Of a DNA stretch of 64,000 bases, positions 57,209 through 64,000 are shown piece after piece. A model generated the notes under the pieces. That model did not search any database. It worked only from the letters and a program-made list of their open reading frames with translations, and was not told the origin of the DNA. Position numbers and translations under genes: made by a program. Source of the DNA: Lingula anatina (taxonomy: Eukaryota; Animalia; Brachiopoda); NCBI GenBank assembly GCA_051362555.1, contig CM120644.1, positions 16,576,534 through 16,640,533 of the forward strand. The letters run 5' to 3'. Within the stretch, counting starts at the first letter, position 1. Every line of letters begins with the position of its first letter.

Positions 57209-57511
57209 TGTGGATAGATTTACATGTGGTGTGAAGATGTTGTGTTGGGTCACAGGTCCTCTGTGGAGTGTTTTAGTATTAAAGGGGTCTCTTGTTATAG
57301 AGATGTATTATAGGCTGAGATGAGATAGAGGTCTACACCTAAGATCCATGGGTCTAGAGGTGAGACCTAGTCTGTGAGATTCTATGGATAGATTAACTGT
57401 ACATGTGTAGATATTGTGGTTTGTCAGAGGTTCTGTGTGGAATGTGTCTGATTTAAAGGAGTCTCTCAGTATAGCTGTTAGGCTGGGATGAGACATTACT
57501 AGTGAGACATA

Positions 57512-57727
57512 GGCTCTGTTCTCACAACTTTTAGATCGATCTATCACCGCTGGGAGTCTCACTAGATTACTGTCAGATAATCCCCCTTAAGTGTCCGTCC
57601 CCGCCTACTACAAGCTGTAAGGGTGTAATTAACTTTCATGTCCGCCCGGCTGACAGCTATTTAGCGTGAACCCCCAGGGAGTTAGGTCGATCCAATGTAG
57701 GTCGATCTATTCTATGAGAATGGGGTG
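57512..57727 (+). mobile_element. MITE family B
   Basis: Near-identical to 59336-59550. Confidence 0.92.
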
Positions 57728-58130
57728 TAGGATGAGACATTACTTGTGAGACATATAGGTCTTCACTCTCATACCATGGGTCTAGACTCTATAGAGATAA
57801 GATCTAATCTGGGAGATTTTGTTGAGAGATATCCAATAGATATAGTAGATAAGAAAGACTTTGTTGGATCAAAGGCTTCACATGGGACATATCAGTTAAA
57901 AGGATAAAGATGTGATCTTCAAATCTTGTCAAAGATAGTGAATGTCTTAACCTTCTGCTCCAAAGGATGTTATTCTTATGTCTTCTTATCTGGATAACTT
58001 ACCTTAAATAGCAGACACCTTAGAATATTTTGGGCTACTAAGGAAATTTTTTGCTGTACGGCTAACCATAAAGGTAGATGTATTCTATAGGACACAGTCA
58101 TCCATATAGAACAGTGGAAAGACAGTTAAA

Positions 58131-58340
58131 GGGTGTGCTCACAATGAAACTATCATACTAAGTTGATTGAATCAACTCTGAGGGGACTCTCACTGAATGC
58201 AGTCAGATTTAAAGATTTATTCACCTCCTCCTTGCGTTGAGTAGAATACAGAAAAGCTGGTGATTTTTACGAGATGCATTTCAAAACAAGTACGATTGTT
58301 TCACTGTGAACGCCTCCAAATATGTCACAGTTCTGGAATG
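58131..58340. mobile_element. MITE family A, degenerate
   Basis: GGGGACTCTCACTGAATGCAGTCAG and the core GAGTAGAATACAGAAAAGCTGGTGAT. Confidence 0.6.
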
Positions 58341-58704
58341 TTGGCTACCAAGTAGTAGATAAATATAGTCGGCATGAATTAGGATTACTGTGCCAGAGGC
58401 TCAGTGCTATTGACTTTGGCGTAAAAGGTAAATAGTATTTAGATTCTATACTGTAGATAAGGTAGTCAGGATAGTTATTGTGGTTGATGTTGAGGAATTT
58501 ATGGAGAGCTTTTTTTATTCAAAAAATGTGCAAATATTGGTGTAGGGTTTAAACTCAATATTTGTATTTTAAGGGGACATAGATTTATGTAGGGCAGATT
58601 TACGTAGGGCATACTTTTGTGTGCAATGAAGTGGCTTTGAGACAAAATGACTCCAGAAAACAAACTGTGCATTAGTGTTTCCATAAAGCATGAAGATTCC
58701 GATA

Positions 58705-58909
58705 GAGCACATACAGAACAGAGGACTAACAGATCAAATATGGCTGACCCAGGGCCACTTGAAAGCTTGTTATGTAATCCCTGCGGGGGGGGGGGGGGGG
58801 TTTGAATCTATTCAGTATTTAATCGGGAATTAAGCAGCAAGCTTTGTAGTGGGTCGCTATACTTGATCTGCGGATCTGTTAGTCTGTATCTGCTGTTCTA
58901 AACGTGCTC
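58705..58909. mobile_element. MITE family E
   Basis: ATA|GAGCACATACAGAACAG ... CTGTTCTAAACGTGCTC|ATA. Confidence 0.75.
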
Positions 58910-59251
58910 ATAGATGGTAAAGGTAGTCGTGCCCAAGAAAATGAGCTTCTGAAGATTGCCTGTATATATGTACAACACTCAGTTACCAAATACAACAAGC
59001 ACTAAAGAATGGCAGACAACATGCATATGCTTCATGCAGAAATGATAGTTTGAGTTTCCTATATGGAAAAGAAATCTACTCTAATCAGGTACTGAAAACA
59101 AGCTCATGAACTCTCAAACCTTGGGGAAAAACCTGATCCTTGATGGAGATAGATAACCGTGTTGTTATTAGAAGTGTCAGACGGGAGCACCCCGTGTATC
59201 CCAGTTTAATTTCAGTGTATGGAAATAGCAAGAGACTTATTGTTGATATTA

Positions 59252-59723
59252 GGCTCAAATCCCATTATAAATGCACCATAGGTCTAGGTGGATAGACCCA
59301 ACTCTGAGGTCTCTCGCTAAGTGCAATCAGCCTAAGGCTCTGTTCTCACAACTTTTAGATCGATCTATCACCGCGGGGAGTCTCACTAGATTACTGTCAG
59401 ATAATCCCCCTTAAGTGTCCGTCCCCGCCTACTACAAGCTTTAAGGGGTAATTAACTTTCGTGTCCGCCCGGCTGACAGCTATTTAGCGTGAACCCCCAG
59501 GGAGTTAGGTCGATCCAATGTAGGTCGATCTAATCTATGAGAATGGGGTGTAACAGTCAGCCTAACTCTTGTTTCCAACATACTCTTGTAATCACCAGCT
59601 TTGCTGTATTCTATTTAACCTCAGGAAGAGGCATGTTAATCTGTTAAGCTGATTGCACTCAGCAAGAATCCCCGCAGCGTTGGGTAAATCCATGTAGATC
59701 TATGTTTTTAGGGGAATGGGGGC
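59252..59723. mobile_element. MITE family A hosting a nested family B copy
   Basis: Family A arms and the core ATCACCAGCTTTGCTGTATTCTA surround the B insertion. Confidence 0.75.
59336..59550 (+). mobile_element. MITE family B (nested in A)
   Basis: TAA|GGCTCTGTTCTCA ... TGAGAATGGGGTG|TAA. Confidence 0.92.
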
Positions 59724-60146
59724 TTCAGTGATTAGTTGCCAGTAAACTTTGATACGAAGGGCGAACTGCAGTGATCCCAAATATGATAAAGTTCTTGTCT
59801 GGGTGAAATTGTAGCCAAGTCCAATTAGATTTCCTGACTTTTTTGTCTGGTGTTTTTATTTGAATAAAAATGTGGGAGGCTTTTGGAGAAAGAGTTTTTC
59901 AAATGGGGAAATGGCTTCCATTTGACTTCCATATTATCATATTATCATAGTGAAATTTTAACTAAATGTGAAAGATAGTTTATCTCTCCAACTGTGAGAA
60001 ATTGATGTATGTTTTGAAAGTCGTGCTGATTACTGAGAAATTTAATTTCTGTATAAGCTTAACACTGAAATTAAGTAACAGGAATGCAGTCATCACAGCT
60101 ATCAATGGGCAAAAATCTGGTGATTATCAGGTAATGAAAATAAGAG

Positions 60147-60177
<31 letters not shown>

Positions 60178-60415
60178 TACTCTCCCAATAAAAAATAGCT
60201 CCAATTTTTAGTCTGCAGAAGATGGTAAAATGAGAGGCAGTAAGTGGCAAGTTTGTAGTAAACAGAGTCTGTTGTTAGTTTGTGTGACCCATTTACCTCA
60301 CTGATCCCATCACTGAGTTAACAACCACATCTACTTGTTTACACCTCAGTGAAATTGCATTTTTGAGGGACCAAATAAGGATCTAGAATTCCATTGGTTC
60401 TTCAGTGGAATGAAA

Positions 60416-60590
60416 GGCTCCATTCAGAATAGGGGATTAACTAGTCCAAGGGTTAGATATAGCGACCCACTACAAAAATTGCTGTCTAATCCGCTATTAG
60501 ACCCTGAATAGATATCCTATGGGGAGGTATTCAAGTGGGTCGGCCATATTTGACCCTTGGACTAGTTAGTCCCCTATTCTGAATAGGACC
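60416..60590. mobile_element. MITE family E
   Basis: ATTCAGAATAGGGGATTAACTAGTCCAAGGGT / ACCCTTGGACTAGTTAGTCCCCTATTCTGAAT. Confidence 0.88.
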
Positions 60591-61124
60591 TAACAGTTTA
60601 TGCAGAATCAGCTGACATATCCTGATTAGTTGATTTGGAAAGGGGATGACGGAAAGTCAAATTAACATCCCCTATCTTGGAAAGGATGTTGATTAGAAAT
60701 ATATTACGAAACTGTCACAACGTATTTCCATTAGTGAAATCCCATATGAGAAACTGGATTGCACAGGTTTTAATACCACAGCGATTAAATCTCTGTACTT
60801 GATGACAGGAAGTGTCACAGGTAAAGGTTTATAATTGTCATGTCCCGGCTGTGTGTGTCACACCATTCCTGTGAAGGTGCACATTTCAAAGTGACAGATG
60901 TATAATATAATGTTTTTTATGAATATTTATGACCATTATGTTACAGTTTGAAAAAAATGTGTAGGAAACCTGTGCAAGGTTTGTTGGAATGTTGTGATAC
61001 TGTTCACTTGTATCGAACAAATTTGATCAATGTTTTTTTTTTTTTGTTTTTTTTTTGTTTTTTTCAGGGAACTTTGTTTTGGTTGTTGTGTCTGAAAAAG
61101 ATCATGATACCTTAATGCAACACA

Positions 61125-61155
<31 letters not shown>

Positions 61156-61942
61156 TTTATGTAGTGGATGTGGATCTGATGGTAGCTTAAATTCACCCCA
61201 TCTCTCTTTTATACCTTGGAAAAGCTACATTTGGTGGATTCCCTTTATGTCCTCCCCCTCCCCACCAACCTTATCAACATGTTCATTCCTTTGAATATTG
61301 GATTATCCTTATTTAGGGGCCCCTCTCCTTAAGAAATGCCCCACACCTGTATAATTTATTCACTCAGTCCCCAACACCAGGCCTGGTGTGCCTTTCTTTG
61401 AACTAGGCCTATGCTTAATTGGGGCTTAATTACCCACCACAGGTGCCCCCTGCATCTGGATAATAGATACAAAGCTGGAGCTCAGTTCCATCAGTGTGTA
61501 TGTGTGTGACACACACATGCAGCCCTGCATACAAAGTGGGCCCTGTCACTTCATCCTCAGTTACCTGCGCTGTCACAGTGCCTGCTTGGAATAATACATC
61601 ACACCTCGGCTAGTCTCTGAGACTCTTTTTCTCATGTTGCATTGGGCAGACAGACTTCACAGATCCGGTGGTCAGATTGGATTAGGGTGTAGTGTGTGGG
61701 GTGGATGTATTAACACAGGTGAGACACTGTTTAGGACAGGTGAGAAGCTGGAGGGTAGGAAGAGAGGGTAGGTAGGGATCAGAATGGGGTTAAGTAAGAG
61801 GTTAAGGGGATGTGTTTGTTTGTAATTTAGGGGGTGGGGTTTGTGTTAAGTGTGAAGGTGAAGTCTTAACTTCATTAAGCCTGTTTCTCACAAACTTTCT
61901 TTCTTTGTCTCTCTCTCTCACACAACAATTTCGTTAAGGCTG

Positions 61943-61978
<36 letters not shown>

Positions 61979-62292
61979 AGACAACTTTTTAAGATAGTTC
62001 ACCTGATTCATTGTTTAAGGATATACTGGAAAGCACTCAGCATGAAATAGTATTGAGTTATCAGTGTTAACTCTCATATAACAGCCCTACTGATCCCTGT
62101 GACCACGGAATGACCAACCATCTGTGACCTCTGGTATAGATCAGTATAATGAATGAAAGCCATTTGACAAAAGCCATAACCTGTTATGTACCCTCAAGGC
62201 CATATAATATAATATAAATGGCAGTGTTCACAACTGAGCTTACTTAGAGCAGATAAGCCAGTAGCCTTATTGTGTATTTCTGGAGGGAAGTT

Positions 62293-62381
62293 AATGCTCA
62301 TTCCCATTGAAACCATTGTAGATTGATTGACCTCTGCTCTCTCTTGCTGAATGCAATCAGATTAACTGATTGACACTCCTC
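62293..62381. mobile_element. MITE family A fragment interrupted by family D
   Basis: GCTCATTCCCATTGAAA ... GCTGAATGCAATCAGATTAAC matches the family A arm. Confidence 0.65.
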
Positions 62382-62557
62382 CAGGCCCGTAGCCAGCAGT
62401 TTCAAAAGGGGGGTTCGTTTTCTGAAAAAGTGGACCTTTCCCCATAAAAACATCATGTATCTAGATCAAATTTTACCCAGAGTGGACCCTTTTTCAGCAA
62501 AAAGGGCGGTTCTTTCGAACCCCCCGAACCCCCCCCCCCCCCCTGGCTACGGGCCTG
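62382..62557 (+). mobile_element. MITE family D, intact
   Basis: Perfect 15-bp TIR CAGGCCCGTAGCCAG / CTGGCTACGGGCCTG, flanked by CTCCTC (6 bp). Confidence 0.92.
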
Positions 62558-63099
62558 CTCCTCCTAACCTTACACAGAGCAGTTAAGATATTGTCAATAG
62601 CCATGTTATATATTTCTGGTCATAATTTAGTCTTATTGTGAACAGGGCCATAGATATATGATTCTTGCTTTTTCTGTCAGCTTGAAGAACCTGTGTGGTT
62701 CCTGTGAATCTTTTTGATGTGAAACAGGAAATCTTTGAAGTCAGAGATCGTGATATTTCTTGGAAATTATGAGAATAGATGCGTACCTCGGATACCTCAG
62801 GCTTCCTCTGAGCCCTTTCACTTTTACCAGGGTTTTATGAGTCGGATTATCCTTTTCCTAGGAAGTCTTAAAGGTGAAAATGTTCTTCTTGGAAAAAAAG
62901 ATAAGCTTTTGAATGGGTATTTTTGTGAGAATTGTGTGAAGTAGGATTTATTAAGGTGATAAATCAGTCAGGTCAGATCGGTTGATGTAAGATGAAAAAA
63001 AAATTGTGAGTAGAATTATGTTTGTCACAATTGAAATTCTGGTTCAAGGTTAAGGTGACACATTTTACTGGCAAAAAGCTATTGTATTTGCACAGTAAT

Positions 63100-63374
63100 A
63101 TTTAAATTATTGTTTTTCTTTTTATCAAGAGCTTATAAAATATGTAGGTTTTACCTCCAATATTTCTGTGGCTGTAAGTCACCATCATCAGGGAGTAAAT
63201 GACTAGGGTCATTTCACCTGGAATGAAAATCCAGGTCAATTGCCCCTAATCACTGGCCTTGTGGACCCTAGTCATTTACTCCCTGATGATGGTGACTGAC
63301 AGTCACAGAAATATTGGAGGTAAAACCTACATATTTTATAAGCTCTTGATAAAAAGAAAAACAATAATTTAAAT
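63100..63374. repeat. Long inverted repeat, 111-bp arms, 53-bp spacer
   Basis: 63100-63210 versus 63264-63374, with two mismatches by eye. Confidence 0.95.
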
Positions 63375-64000
63375 TGATACATACAGAGCTACTGAAACTC
63401 TTCTCACAGTAATATTAGTTTCGTTTTTCACTTATTCTACTATAAGGACCAGTGTCAACACATATTGTACATTCATTGGTAACATAGGTCCCAAAATGCC
63501 TTTTCAAGGCCAAGATCAGAGTATCTGCCAATACTGACTTTGGCGCCATCTTTTCCTGTTATTAGCATCCAAAAAGGATTCCATTTATCTGATCTCAAAT
63601 TTTCCTACAACTGATGTTAGTTTAGATGTATAAGTATATCATTTCTTACCAATCTCAAGACTTTCTTTTATCTGAAATGTATGAAGCGGATCTATTTGCT
63701 TACTCAAGGTACTGGTGATTTATGTTTTCTGGGAGTGTTTGTATGTGTTGAATGAGAGAGTTTTCATAATCTGTTTTACCTGCGGAATCAGTTTACACAA
63801 GTTTGGTGTGGAAAGGTCAATGTGTTATTTTCTTAGTGAGGAAGGAGAGCTTCCTCCAAGGAAGATGATCTTTCTTGTTTTCTATGAAAATGTTTCATTT
63901 TCTGGAACTATTAGGATTGAAAGTCAGTGAATGAAGGCTAAGACGGGTTAAGATGGATTGCACTCGGTTTATTTCTCTTGTCGCAGAAGTAACCGGTGGA

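Overview
This is AT-rich animal genomic DNA, not prokaryotic. The microsatellites, GT-AG exons, MITE families and a Helentron/HINE-type element suggest a lophotrochozoan invertebrate, possibly a mollusc (inference). Most of the window appears to be the very large 5' introns of one + strand gene. Two coding exons are supportable: an internal phase 0-0 exon (8088-8276) and an ATG-containing alternative first exon (15231-15317). Their Y/P/Q/G-rich peptides resemble, from memory, the N-terminus of the RNA-binding protein alan shepard (shep/RBMS). No RRM exon is visible in the window. The rest is dense with non-autonomous DNA transposons. Five hairpin-type MITE families (here called A, B, E, F, G) have 3-bp target duplications (TSDs) and look PIF/Harbinger-like. 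Three families (C, D, H) have CAGG/CTGG termini and mostly 5-bp TSDs. A 6.9-kb multi-layer composite (39442-46297) sits inside a (GT)n tract. There are also minisatellites and a near-perfect 111-bp-arm foldback at 63100-63374. Nearly all ORFs in the supplied track are artefacts. I found no transposase, RT, tRNA, rRNA or CRISPR array, and no evidence for a new multi-gene system. The most unusual structure is the interleaved composite element. All family assignments are by eye, without database searches.
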